Shown one piece after another: positions 37,761 through 49,900 of a stretch of DNA of 54,760 nt (the first letter of the stretch is position 1; every line of letters starts with the position of its first letter). A program made the translations under genes and the position numbers. Origin of the DNA: Chara braunii (taxonomy: Eukaryota > Plantae > Charophyceae); contig BFEA01000004.1 in NCBI GenBank assembly GCA_003427395.1, positions 3,056,276 through 3,111,035 of the forward strand, given 5' to 3'. The notes under the pieces were generated by a model. The model saw nothing but the letters and a program-made list of their open reading frames with translations. It was not told the origin of the DNA and did no database searches.

Positions 37761-39822
37761 GTATGTCTCTCCTCTCCTAGTTTGTATTTATTGGTTGTTG
37801 TTTATACAATTTTATTGTGCTACCAGGGGAGGGCTCGGNGGNGGGGGGGGGGGGATGGGAATGATCTCCCGGCTATTTAACCGGGTGGGGTCCAGGCAGG
37901 GTCCTGGGCAGTCCCAGCTCAAAGTACTTCCAAAAAAAAACGAGAACCTGAAACTTTCAAAATAAATGTTTAAATCTGGGATGAAAATGTTGTGTAGAAT
38001 TCCAATTGCGAACAACATTTTGTGTTGAGGGCCCCATAGAAATTGCTTGTTAAATTTTTTTTTTTTTATAATGAAGATCACTGTTTATTAATGTCAAAGC
38101 CGGAATTGCTTTTGAGATAAAGCTAAAATAGAAAGCTCAAATTTTGAAAATGAGAGTTAAGATGTACCCCCCTTTGAACCCCCTTAAAAACCTGTTTACG
38201 GTTAACTTTGATACGCTCCAAACCCAACTGGGTCACCCATCACCGAATTGGAAGATAAGGCTGGATTCAGACTGCTCAGGCCAAGCGCAACAGGTTCATT
38301 TGTACACATTGGTTTTAATTTGTGAAGCTCATCGACTACCTTTTTCACCACTGCTCGGGGATTAGCAGCACCCAAAAAGAAGAAAAAGAAAAAGGAAAAA
38401 ACGGATGGGCCGCCCATCCGTTTTTTTCACTTGCTGGTCCATTCAAATGACGATCCTGCGGCCACAGTTTTTTTTTTTTTTTTTTTTTTCCCCGTCTACA
38501 TGGCATTAACCGGATTTGGCTGAGGAGGTCATGGGGGTTTAAACCACCAGTTGTGGGGGGTTAAGTCTCCACTCCTGGGGGTTTAAACCACCAGTACCGG
38601 GCACCCTTCTGTGCAGCGCTGACATTTTTTCAATTACGAGGGAATGATTTTTTTTTTTTTTTTTTTTTTCCGAGGGAATGAATTTAACTCAGGGAAGCCG
38701 GTATCACGCGGGGTCCACTGCACGATGCCCTTGTTAAATTTGGCTCGGGCAGGCCGGTACCCCGGCGTCCAAAGCGCGACGCACTTGTCAAAAAAATGGC
38801 ACACTTTGTGCGAATGCTAGGAGTTGACAACTTTACACTTGGTTAAATATTATGATGCATGAATGAATCTGACCAGGCTCAGGCTGAGCGGTACATTTAA
38901 AAAGCGATGTTTGAAGTTTGAAGTTTGAACCTAACTGCTAGATACCATTCATTGCATGCAAAACAACTATATAGTATATACCCCATCTCTATTGAATAAC
39001 CAAACTACCGTCTACCCCCACCTGATAGAATGTAGGCCGTATGTTCATTCTAGCTGTATTTGGGGCAATTTGTTTTTCTACGCACAGCCATAAGGACCAT
39101 ATATAGAACGTTATAGCTGTATTTGGGGCGACTTTTCATCTAGGTACAGCCATAAGGACCATGAAGTGTACAATTTGGGGGAAGAAGGTAGCGTATCATT
39201 CAAACTGAAATTGCAAATGTGCCTAATTTCTGAGGAGCAGCAGTAAACTGTAACCCTAGATTTTTAGGGTTTCTTTTCCTCATGGTCTTTTTTAGGACAA
39301 AAAAAAAAAACGAAACCTGTTTTTTAGAATTAAAACCAAACTATTACCAATTCAAAAAATTAAAACCAAACTATTTGCAATCTAATCCATCGAGTGGACA
39401 CCACATATAAATCAACAGCTAAAATAATAAATAAAAATAAAAATGTAGCCTGAAATGTGCTTTTTTCCCCTTCAGGAATCTGATTCTCCGATTTTAAGAA
39501 TTTCCAGGGCTTGGCGTAAAAAGCCATCTTTTTCTCTCTTTTTTTATTTTATTTTTTTAACACCCATGTCCAAGGCTCCGACGAACTCCAAACTCGAGAC
39601 ACACGACCGTTGACATAAAAAAAAAAGAAGACAGGGCATAAAAAGAAAAACTAGGAAAAGTTATCTGAAAAAAAACTGAAACTAATTATGCCCGATTGGC
39701 CTTTTGAGCGCTCGGGGGGGGGGGGGGGGGGNNNNNNNNNNNNNNNNNNNNNNNNNNNNNNNNNNNNNNNNNNNNNNNNNNNNNNNNATTTTTTGGATTT
39801 TTTTTTTTTTTCTTACGAAGAC

Positions 39823-40164
39823 CTGTGTGGCACACCGAACATGTTTGGAGCGTTTCCGAACGTCCGAACATGTTCGGGTGTTCGGCCGAATGCCACCCGA
39901 ACCTGTTCGGCCGAACATAATCAAAAAAAAAAAAAACTTGTTTTTAGTTTCTGATTTTTAACTCGAGTTTGGTTACGAATTTGAGCATACCTCCAAGGCA
40001 AAAGTTGTTTGTATTATTATTTTACATAACATTTTTTTTTCCAGATTTTTTGGAGAACCTTTTTTTTTTATTAATATTTTTATGTTCGCGTTCGGAGAGT
40101 TTCGGCGCTCGTTTGCGTTCGGTCCCGAACGTTCGGGTTCGAACCCGAACACGATGCTACACAT
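39823..40164. mobile_element. Probable hAT-type MITE with ccgaac/gttcgg subterminal arrays
   Basis: Imperfect TIR ctgtgtggca / tgctacacat, possible TSD acgaagac / acagagac (6/8), and an AT-rich core shared with other MITEs here. Confidence 0.5.
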
Positions 40165-40443
40165 ACAGAGACCTTCCCTGGCCCTTGCCTGGCCAGGCCA
40201 CCTGCGCAACCAAGGTGACCCAGGCGGCCTGGTTGGTAACATAGTTAATTTGGGAATTTCTTTCTCAAGAAAAGAAGTGGAAAAAAAAACAGAGAACTGC
40301 TTTTGACAAAAAAGTTGAAAAAACGTACGGTGTATGGATGAATGAATCATTGACTGAAAGTGGAACTCCATCGCTCTTTTTTTTTCCATTTTTTTTCCAT
40401 TTCTTGTGGGTGACCTTTTGTTGGTTGTATTTGATTTGTGCAG

Positions 40444-40524
40444 CCAGATGGGGTCGACAATACGTTCCGAAGGAAATGGGACAAGGCAGAGTATGCAGAA
40501 CGAGCAAGGGAGAGGGAGAGAAAG
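40444..40524 (+). CDS. ZMAT2: ZMAT2/Snu23 homologue, coding exon 2 (PDGVDNTFRRKWDKAEYAERARERERK)
   Basis: tttgtgcAG| ... |GTgatt; the GVDNTFRRKxDxxEY motif is characteristic of the plant ZMAT2 N-terminus. Confidence 0.92.
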
Positions 40525-41767
40525 GTGATTGTTTTGTCCCAAGTCCCGAGAGTTCCCACCCCAAGTCCATACATCGAGTCTAGAGTTCATGTCTTATTCT
40601 ACAAGGGCTAGTAGTCTATAAGGGCATACTCACAGCTGCACGATGTAGGATGTGCCTGACCATAATTATGGGCGGAGTCGGTTGAAAAAAGGCCAGTGTG
40701 AGGGATTGGCCTTGGTTATGTGATTTTTTTTTTGTTGAAAAGACAAGCTCCGTCTATTGGTGGGGAGCAACACCTGCTGGAAACCGGGGTCCAGCGTCCC
40801 TTGAATACATCATGATATTTATTTGTACAGACTGGGAACCGGGCCCAGTGGCCTTGGTTGTGTGATTGCTGTAGTGTATTAGGACTTCCTTAACTACCTG
40901 AATTACGGCAAATAGGTCTGAAAAAGATCATTGCGTATACTTCAGTAGCTTGCATGAAGTCTGTCATTGTCGGCATGTTTAGCCCAGCGGCCGTCAGGTC
41001 ACCTGTTGCATATCAACAAATACTTGGCATGGGTCGTCATCTGCAGGGGACCATTATAACTTTGCGGGAGGCTGGCAAGGGAAGGAGGGGTATCTGTCCG
41101 GCTAGGCAAATGATACTATCAGTGTCCTTCAGACAATACTATGTCTGGTTATGTCGCCGTGTTTGGGCCGTGTTTGGGCCGTGGTTGGGTCGTGGTTGGG
41201 CCGTGGTTGGGATGTGGATAGCCTCTACAATGGCTGGGGCCGTGTACTGGCGGTTTAAGACAGCAAAGTGGGCCCTGTTTTAAGCACCAGTACATCTGGA
41301 GATTCGCATAAGCCTCTCAGAGAAGTTAGGGGACTTGGGACAGGGCCTGACTGGGGGGGGACAATTGTTTTTTTTTTTGGTTTTGTTTTGTTTCAGGGCT
41401 GGGCCTAGTGGCCCCTCACGGCATGGGACAATTTTATTTTCTACTGGCCCTTTGGACTCCCTGTCCCGAGCCTCCGAAATTTTAGGAGAGACTGACTCGA
41501 TCGGATTCTCAACTTGGCTGGGGCCATGTACTGGTGGTTTAATCACGACTACAGGGCCCCAGCCTTGCAGGAAAGAAACTCGTCCCCAGCACTGAAAATT
41601 TCGGGCCTTTTTGGGGCTCGAGGTGACCAAACCGGAATGGCTGCTGCCGCCAACCAACAAAAAGGAAAAAATATGCCATGTTGGCGCTTCGGCAAATGTC
41701 TCCACGCAGGGGCACGTTGGTTCGGTGAAACGGCCCCGGCTGTACGAGTGGTTTAATGTGGTCATTG

Positions 41768-41768
<1 letters not shown>

Positions 41769-41836
<68 letters not shown>

Positions 41837-41890
41837 AGAGTGTGTGCGCATGTGTCAGATGTTTGTGTGGGTGTGTTATACACACACAGA

Positions 41891-41934
<44 letters not shown>
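41769..41934. repeat. (TG)n and (GA)n microsatellites
   Basis: Direct reading; another (TG)n lies at 42859-42913. Confidence 0.97.
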
Positions 41935-41939
<5 letters not shown>

Positions 41940-42858
41940 TGGCAAAATTAAATATGGGTCAAATTGCGGCCACGATCTATTTTGCAGTTGGAATGATTTT
42001 TTTAAATTTATTGGCCCAGGCATGGCTGAGTGGCAAAAATGGAAAATGTGCCGAACCGGTGCGACGATTATTTCGCAGTGTAAATGATTTTTTTTAAATG
42101 TTCTATTATTATTTCTGGAAAAAACACGACCTCATCTATGGATTCTCAAAATTTCAGATTTNNNNNNNNNNNNNNNNNNNNNNNNNNNNNNNNNNNNNNN
42201 NNNNNNNNNNNNNNNNNNNNNNNNNNNNNNNNNNNNNNNNNNNNNNNNNNNNNNNNNNNNNNNNNNNNNNNNNNNNNNNNNNNNNNNNNNNNNNNNNNNN
42301 NNNNNNNNNNNNNNNNNNNNNNNNNNNNNNNNNNNNNNNNNNNNNNNNNNNNNNNNNNNNNNNNNNNNNNNNNNNNNNNNNNNNNNNNNNNNNNNNNNNN
42401 NNNNNNNNNNNNNNNNNNNNNNNNNNNNNNNNNNNNNNNNNNNNNNNNNNNNNNNNNNNNNNNNNNNNNNNNNNNNNNNNNNNNNNNNNNNNNNNNNNNN
42501 NNNNNNNNNNNNNNNNNNNNNNNNNNNNNNNNNNNNNNNNNNNNNNNNNNNNNNNNNNNNNNNNNNNNNNNNNNNNNNNNNNNNNNNNNNNNNNNNNNNN
42601 NNNNNNNNNNNNNNNNNNNNNNNNNNNNNNNNNNNNNNNNNNNNNNNNNNNNNNNNNNNNNNNNNNNNNNNNNNNNNNNNNNNNNNNNNNNNNNNNNNNN
42701 NNNNNNNNNNNNNNNNNNNNNNNNNNNNNNNNNNNNNNNNNNNNNNNNNNNNNNNNNNNNNNNNNNNNNNNNNNNNNNNNNNNNNNNNNNNNNNNNNNNN
42801 NNNNNNNNNNNNNNNNNNNNNNNNNNNNNNNNNNNNNNNNNNNNNNNNNNNNNNNNNN

Positions 42859-42914
<56 letters not shown>

Positions 42915-43133
42915 GTTTGTGTGTCTGTTCTTTGGGAGTGTATGAGGAGGGAGGGAAGAGGAGGGGAGGGGGAGGTAAGCTCGATTGGAATTCCGACGAA
43001 ACGTATGGAGAATGGAAGGTTAATTAATGGGTTGATAATTTGGCCCAGATAAGCGTGTCACACTAGTATGCTTCTTTGTTTGCTCTCGCTGGTATTGATG
43101 GGTGGTGGTTTTTGCACTATTTATTTATTGCAG

Positions 43134-43170
43134 GAGGAAGAAGAAGAGGAAAGGAGATTCAGACCAAAAT
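43134..43170 (+). CDS. ZMAT2: ZMAT2/Snu23 homologue, coding exon 3 (EEEEEERRFRPK + 1 nt)
   Basis: ttattgcAG| 37 nt |GTGAGT. Phase 0 to phase 1 links exons 2 and 4 in frame. Confidence 0.85.
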
Positions 43171-44679
43171 GTGAGTGAATCCTTGACAGAATTCCATGTT
43201 CTGAATTTTTATTTATTTATTTTTTCCATAGTCAGGAGCATCATCCGATTTTCTTTATGCAGGCAAGGGCCATGCTAATTTTCTCTTTGTTCCTTTGACA
43301 GTGCGCCTACCTGTTTGTCACCTTCTATTGGGCTCAAAGTTTAAACCACAAGTACACCGCCCAGGCAAAAGAAATTCATTGAAAATGACTCATTCTGAAA
43401 AGATCGGGGGTCGGGACAGGCAAGACAGTAAGATAATGTTCAAACCCGAAAAAAAAAAAAAAAAAAAAAAAAAGATGCAACTCCAAAGAGAGGAATGATG
43501 TCCGGGAAGGCTGTGAAGGACGTGTGCTCACGCTAGTGCACTGGGGAATGAATCTGCGTGCAACTATGGCCAGTATTCGCTTTTGTTGCTTTTGTTGTTT
43601 TTTTCTTCTTTGTTTTCTTTTTGTTGCCCTGCCAGCGAGGCAGGGCGCACTGCACGGACTGCTGACACTTTGTCAACAAGGGCATACACTCCAGATTCGG
43701 TATCGAACGGCTTTCATGTCCATATTGTTGTTGCTTCTTCCCCCCCCCCCCCCTGAAAGTAACGTTCGTGATGAGCGCGTAGCTGCAATGCCCTCACTAA
43801 GGGCGTACGAGATATACTGACCCCAGATTCTGTAGCTTTCTCGTCCTTAGGGTTGTTGCATTTTTTGTTTTGTTGTTTCTTTTTTTTCTTTATGCTGTTT
43901 ATTTTGGAGGACTACCCAAAAAGAAACTACACTGGGACCCAGGCTCGGCAAAACTCAGCGCGCAGTGAAATTCAGGTCTGTTTTAATCAGATGCGGGTGT
44001 ACTTGTGGTTTAATATAAGAATTTGAGAAATCTGCTGAAGTTTGATCTAAAGAATCGTAAAGATCATGAAAAGCATACTACAAATAGGGCCGTGCTCCAC
44101 TACTCACCGAATGTGCAAAATGAGAATGAATCTTCCGCTAGAACATGGGAAGATACACCGCAATACTTTTTGTCTTTTGTGCATCTCGCCAGTAGTGGAG
44201 CCAGGACCATAGTGATGAAAAAAGAAGTTGCTGGAAAGGGGAACCTCTCAAACAAGTCTGAAGTTTAAACACTCACGGCAGCGATTTCACTCAATTGCTT
44301 GCGTATTTTTTGTGGGACTTGTAGATCTGTCATGAATAAACACTCTTTATGGCGATTTCGCTTGCTTGCTTGCTCGCGCAGGCAATTCTGCATAGTATAT
44401 CGCATTGAGTAGTGGGCTTTATTTGCCAGCATGTATGCGAGGCTGTTCACAGCAGCTCCAGTTTTTTTTTTTTTTTCCCTTGGCGGATTGTTGTTGTTTC
44501 GTTGTGTTTGCTTCTTGCACGGGTGCTGCTTTCTTCAAAAGGAATGGAAATCATATCATACTGTTGCAAAGTATATATTGTGTTATTCAAACTTATTTTG
44601 TTTGTTGGTCTAATAGCCAAATGGTTTATCTATTCGGCTTGGCGGATGGTTCAACTTTTTGTTGGGGGTTTGGAAGTTG

Positions 44680-45679
44680 TGTGAGGATCTGGGTCCTCGG
44701 CAGGCCTAAGGGTCCCCTGTTGCAGATGTGCCTGCCCTAAGTGAAGGCGGGCTGACAAATCACGAGAGGGCCTCGGCTGTCAATTTCGTATTTGGGGTCC
44801 AGACAGTTGTGACACGCCAGTTGGTTGGGAAAAACACAGGCTGAGCAGCAAAGACATTTCCATGGCCTTCCAGGCCTTTCCTGAAAATGCAGGGCCTGGG
44901 CGAGAATCGCAGCCTCATACACGGACAGTTGGGAGGCCCAACCGAACGAGGCCCAGTAGCAGCAAAGGAGGCGCAGCCCCCTGGGGCCTACCGGAAGCTT
45001 CTGGGTCGAGGCCCAGGCCAGCTAGGCTGCGAAAGCAGACAGACTTTTTCCGCATAGGAAGAGCTCGCTGCCGGGGCATTCATTCAGCACTTGCATGCTG
45101 GCGGCAGCGCTGCTGGAGCGGACGCTCATGGGCTGCTGCTGGCGCTGAGAGGCAAGGTGCTAGCACGTGCGGTCGTGTGCGAGACAGGGCGCTGCTGAGG
45201 GCAGCGCCATAGCCCAGCCTTCATAGCTGGCTGGGGCTTGGTCTACAGTGAGGCGTAGAGGTGATCTTCGGGTGTACAGAGGGAAGACGTGGGTGTAAGT
45301 CCGGGGAGAGAGAGAAGGATGATGATGATGATGATGATGATGTGAGGGCACATACCTGGTATTGGCGATGGTCTGCTATGGGCGACATCTTTACTTCGTT
45401 GGCTGCGGACGGCAACAGTTGCATTGTCAATTAGTAGGCTGGTAGTAGCTGTGTAGGGAGTAGGCTGGGCGCCGAGCGCCAAGTAGGGAGATAGGGCTGG
45501 ACACATATGTTGGTGGTGGTGAGAGCAAGCTCTCATTGACATTGGTTTTCAGTGTTACGATTCTCCGTTGGTGTCATATTGGTGCAATGCTTCTTTCTGG
45601 ACACTGTGATACGATCTGGCTCTCAATGTGATTGTGCAATCTGAATATTGTCATCTCGCTACTGTTCATTTTCCTTGCA
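44680..45679 (+). repeat. 5' LTR
   Basis: tgtgaggatctggg...ttccttgca; contains (GAT)n. Confidence 0.95.
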
Positions 45680-45682
45680 ATT

Positions 45683-45694
45683 TGGTATCGGAGC
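45683..45694 (+). promoter_or_regulatory. Primer-binding site (tRNA-iMet type)
   Basis: tggtatcggagc versus canonical TGGTATCAGAGC, 3 nt after the LTR. Confidence 0.9.
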
Positions 45695-46959
45695 TGGTTC
45701 GAACTGCGCTTCATTGGTTTTTCACAATAGCTGTTTGGTGCTTCGCATGAGGTGTGGGGCAGTAATAAGGCTCGGGGGTTGAACGATTGGGGGCCCAGGC
45801 TCATGTTGGCGCGCCAGGAAGCTATGTGGTGACATTAGGGGTGTACGCTGGATGGTGAGAACTCGCTGATGTGGCATTTAAGCCGAGGTGGAACTGCATT
45901 TTGTTGTTGGTTGTGCCGAGGCAAAAACCGGTCATCATAAATGCACATCAGGTTGCCGGTGAGAAATCTGTGGTTGAGGGCAGCATTATGAGGTATGTTG
46001 TTCTCGTCCTTATCTACCCTGTTCATTACTTCTTACCGTGAGGAAGTGAGTTCTGTCTTGAGGGTCCTCTCAATGTGAGGTGTCGCAAGCGCTCAACCTT
46101 GAGAGTCGACGTTCTTCCTGGGCAGCAAGCTGGTGGGAGACGGGCGAAGCCTCTGAAGGGCCCTGGACGAAGCACTCAGGTTACGGTCACCATGCCAACC
46201 CGCTGGGACTAGTACACGCATGCTTTGCCGCAAGTCCTTGGTTTTGCTGCTGCGCAATAGAGGTCATGCAGGGCATGCCAGCCCTTTGAACAGACGCGTA
46301 CCAGATCGCCTCTAAATATTTTGGCGGGTTCCGGTGTTGAACCCTGGCTGTGATCGTCGTCCTGTTGCGATGTTAAATAATTCCTGAGGACCTTGGGTGC
46401 TGTCCTTAAACTGCCGCTTGATCAGCTAGATCAAACCGGAAGTAAGGCTCGTTGCATGCGAGGGTAAACAACGTGCAGGGGCTGGCACGTTCGGCATAGA
46501 CTTGGGCCACAGGCGTGGGCCGAATTGCACACCTTCAAACACGCCGCTCAACCAGATGATCAGGGCGTTGACACAAAATGACCAATCAAGAAGGACACAG
46601 GGAGAGGGGGGGATTTCGGTAACTGTTCGCAAAGTTATTAACTGGGAAAATGTTCCATCTAGCATGCGTGTCTGCAAGTGACACTATTTTTAGTTTTGAT
46701 TATTTAGTTGTTACGGCCTTGATCCACAACTAACAGACAACTGCAGATAGTTAGTATTCTTTGTTGCATGCAATCTGTTTCAGAGTAATCTAAAAATAAA
46801 ATTAGTATCCCCTATAGGATCTGACATTAGTTATTGGCTACCGCTCGACTATTTTCTCCAGGCTGACCGAGATGTATTGATTATTCTTACTCGATTGGGT
46901 GTCAGGCTAAGGTAGGAGTCAATGTGGATTCTAGTTTAGATCACACTCCACTGTAGCTC

Positions 46960-49900
46960 ATGAGTGAAGCTGCTAGCAGTGAGGAGGAGGAGTTAGTGAA
47001 AGATCTTAGGGTTACTCGTAGAACTGCCCTCAGTCGACCTTTGACCTTCCTAGAGTTAGGTCCAGGAGAGGAAAGGAGGTTGCGAAGAGAAGCTAGGGAG
47101 AGGGCGGCATTGTGGAGGACGATGGATGCTGAGGCCAGCGCCAGGGCTAGGAGTATAGCTAGCACATGTGTAACCATGACTACCTCCTCTACCATGTCAC
47201 AAGCCTCTTCTCAGGCCTCTTCGTTAGGACTCAGTCAGAGTACCCAAGGCTCCATAAGTCAGACTGTTGGTTTGCAAGTCAGCCAGCAGCCCCCGCTCAC
47301 GCCGAAGGATTATGAGATCCTCCAAGTGGAAGCTCTTCGTGATGAGTTGCAGTGGCAACTTAGAGAGGTAGAAGAAAGAAGAGAAAGGGCTAGGTTGAGA
47401 AAAGTCAGGTTAGGCACTAGGTTGCAGGAGTGAAGAGGGTTAGAAGAACATGATGAGTTTGCATTGAATCCTGTTGATCGGGCGCTGCGTAACTCATTGC
47501 TGTGTGTGGCAGAAATGCAGGTAGTTCAGCAGGAACTGTTGGCTGAACTAGTGACAGGCCAAAAACGAATTTTGTCTGCACTTCAGGGACCTCGTCCAGT
47601 CATGAGGCAGCCCCAATTCTCTGTAGTTCCCCCTTCGATTGCAGGTCCTTCAGTGACGTCGTTGCCGATAGGGCCATCCTTTTCACGTATGTATGGCATG
47701 TCTCTCTCAGGCGCACAACAAGTAGCTACAGTGGCAGCTAAAGTGCCATTGTCTGGACAGTCACAAGTTAGTATGCAACAACCTGTCTCAGTGGCTATGC
47801 ATCCACTGCCGCAATCACCTGGGCAGATCCAACCCTGCAGTGGATGCCCAAGATACCCTTGTTGAGTCCTAAGCCTTTCTTTGGCAACAGGAAGAAGAAC
47901 GAGGACCTGGATACCTAGGTGAGGATTCTGCCTACCTACGTGAGGTCACAAGGCCAGAGCAGGAAGTCATAGTTGCTGCCTCCTTTTTAGAGGGATCGAC
48001 AACACGCTGGTTAAACGGGTAGTATAGCAGTAGGGTTATGGTCAGAACTTCGATGCCTAGGCTCAGGCCCAGACATTGGAAGACTTCGTACAGACTGTGT
48101 ACTAAAGGTGGCATGACCCTCAAGGGGCTCGGAAGGCTACCGACGCGATCAACAATCTTTGTGCCAAAAGGTACAAGAATGTACGCGAGGTCACAGACGT
48201 CGTAGAACGTCTGATCGTAGTACGTGGTGTGCGCTTCGACCCGCAATTACTCCTCACAAATTATTTGAGATGTCTGCCTACAAATGTCAAAAATAAGCTG
48301 GTGGACGAGGCCTACATTGACCAGCATAGCTTCACATCCTTCAGCAAGAAAGCCTTAGACATAGAGGCTAAGCTTAGGTTCGTGCATCAGAGTCAGGGAG
48401 ATGGTAGGAAGAAAAGACTTCCCCTAGATTGGAAGAAGAAGGGTTAACTCATGTTTGTTGACCATGATGATCAGGCAACTGAGATTGACGACTTCCCAGA
48501 TTTAGGGGACGCAACAGAGCAGGATGGGGCCAGCGAGACTTCGGATGGGGGAGTCGTGGCGCCTATCGAAGAGAAGGCTAGGGGGACTGAGAAGCAGAAG
48601 GTAGGCCGGTCTATGGGTTAGGGCGACCAAGGAACAGCCACATGTGTAAAACTTGGTTTAAATTATGAGGTGTGGAGAGATCGAGTTGCTAGGGACATGT
48701 GCATGAACTGTGGCAACTATGGCCACACGTCTAGAACGTGTTGAGGCAAAAAAGTCACAACGAAGGTAACCTCTCCAACGGTAATGGGCTTATCCTCGAA
48801 CCCTGGCAGTGCTTTTGCGAGTACTTCGCAGGGAAACACCTTGGGCCAGTAGGAGTGTTGGCCGCTCTTACTCGCGCTGAAGTGGTAACGTTGCCTTCCC
48901 CACTTCAGGCGTTGGCCAAGGCTAGTGACGCATACATCGCCCCGCAAACACATTATGACCAACCGACACTTTGTTCGAGAGATGTGTCTGAGTCCCAAGA
49001 AGAGTTACAGTTTGTGCCGGACCCGCCGGGATGGCGGTCCGTTAGGATGGAGACGAAGAAGGAGGTAGAGATGGAGCTGGAGGGGACAGCGCAGCTCCGA
49101 CGCAGACTCCACACGCAAGTACTCCAAGATCTGCGAAAGTGAAGAATGACGAAAAACAGACTGCAGCTGGGGTATACCCCCAGCGGACTGACTGGACTGG
49201 ACTGGACTGGCCTGGTACCGACCGTGGTACCGGGCGGGACTGGACTGGACTGAAACAATATACGGCCTGTGGGGTCAGGCCACGGCCTGGTCCCACAGGC
49301 CGAACTGGCAAATAGCCAAATAGGCCCTGGCTGTAGGCCGGGGCAGATGAAGGCCCGCTGCACAGCTTGAGTGGTCAGGGAAGGACCCAAAGATTCTTGG
49401 ACGATGATCAGTAGAGGTCCTAAGGGTGAACATTTCGTGGTAGAGGTTGATGTAGGTGGCCGCAAAGTGGGTGCCTTCGCAGACATAGGCTCTACACGGA
49501 ATTTCGTCAGTCGTGCTTGTGTGGATAAATTGCGCTTAGGGGACCAAGTGCAGCGGCTTAACAGAACTGTAGCTTCTACGCAGACCAACAAGCACCAAAT
49601 GGTAGTCAAAGACTATGTCGAGGACGTAGTCTACTCCTTCTCTTATGGAGGAGGGAAAGTAAGACACAAAATCTCATTCCTTGTCAACGACAAACTGCCT
49701 TTTGATATGTTGCTAGGTACCTCGAGGTTGCTCAACCTCGGTTCGATTGGGATAGAAAGGTGTCAATCCACAAGGTGCCCAATGGTAAAACCGTTAGACT
49801 GCAAAAGTATAAAACTAGCAGTCTAGTGGAAAACTACGGGTGCATGTGCGCAACATCCTTTTATAACTACTATAAGCAGAACCGGGAGGAGGGCATGCAT

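Noticed and set aside
39830-40150. CRISPR-like array of ccgaac repeats
   Set aside because: Short, irregular, in both orientations, with no spacers or cas genes; consistent with transposon subterminal motifs.
42084-43052. Long ORFs (309-322 aa), and similar ones at 8243-9163 and 34673-35674
   Set aside because: They run through N gaps, microsatellites or the adapter and are not real coding sequence.
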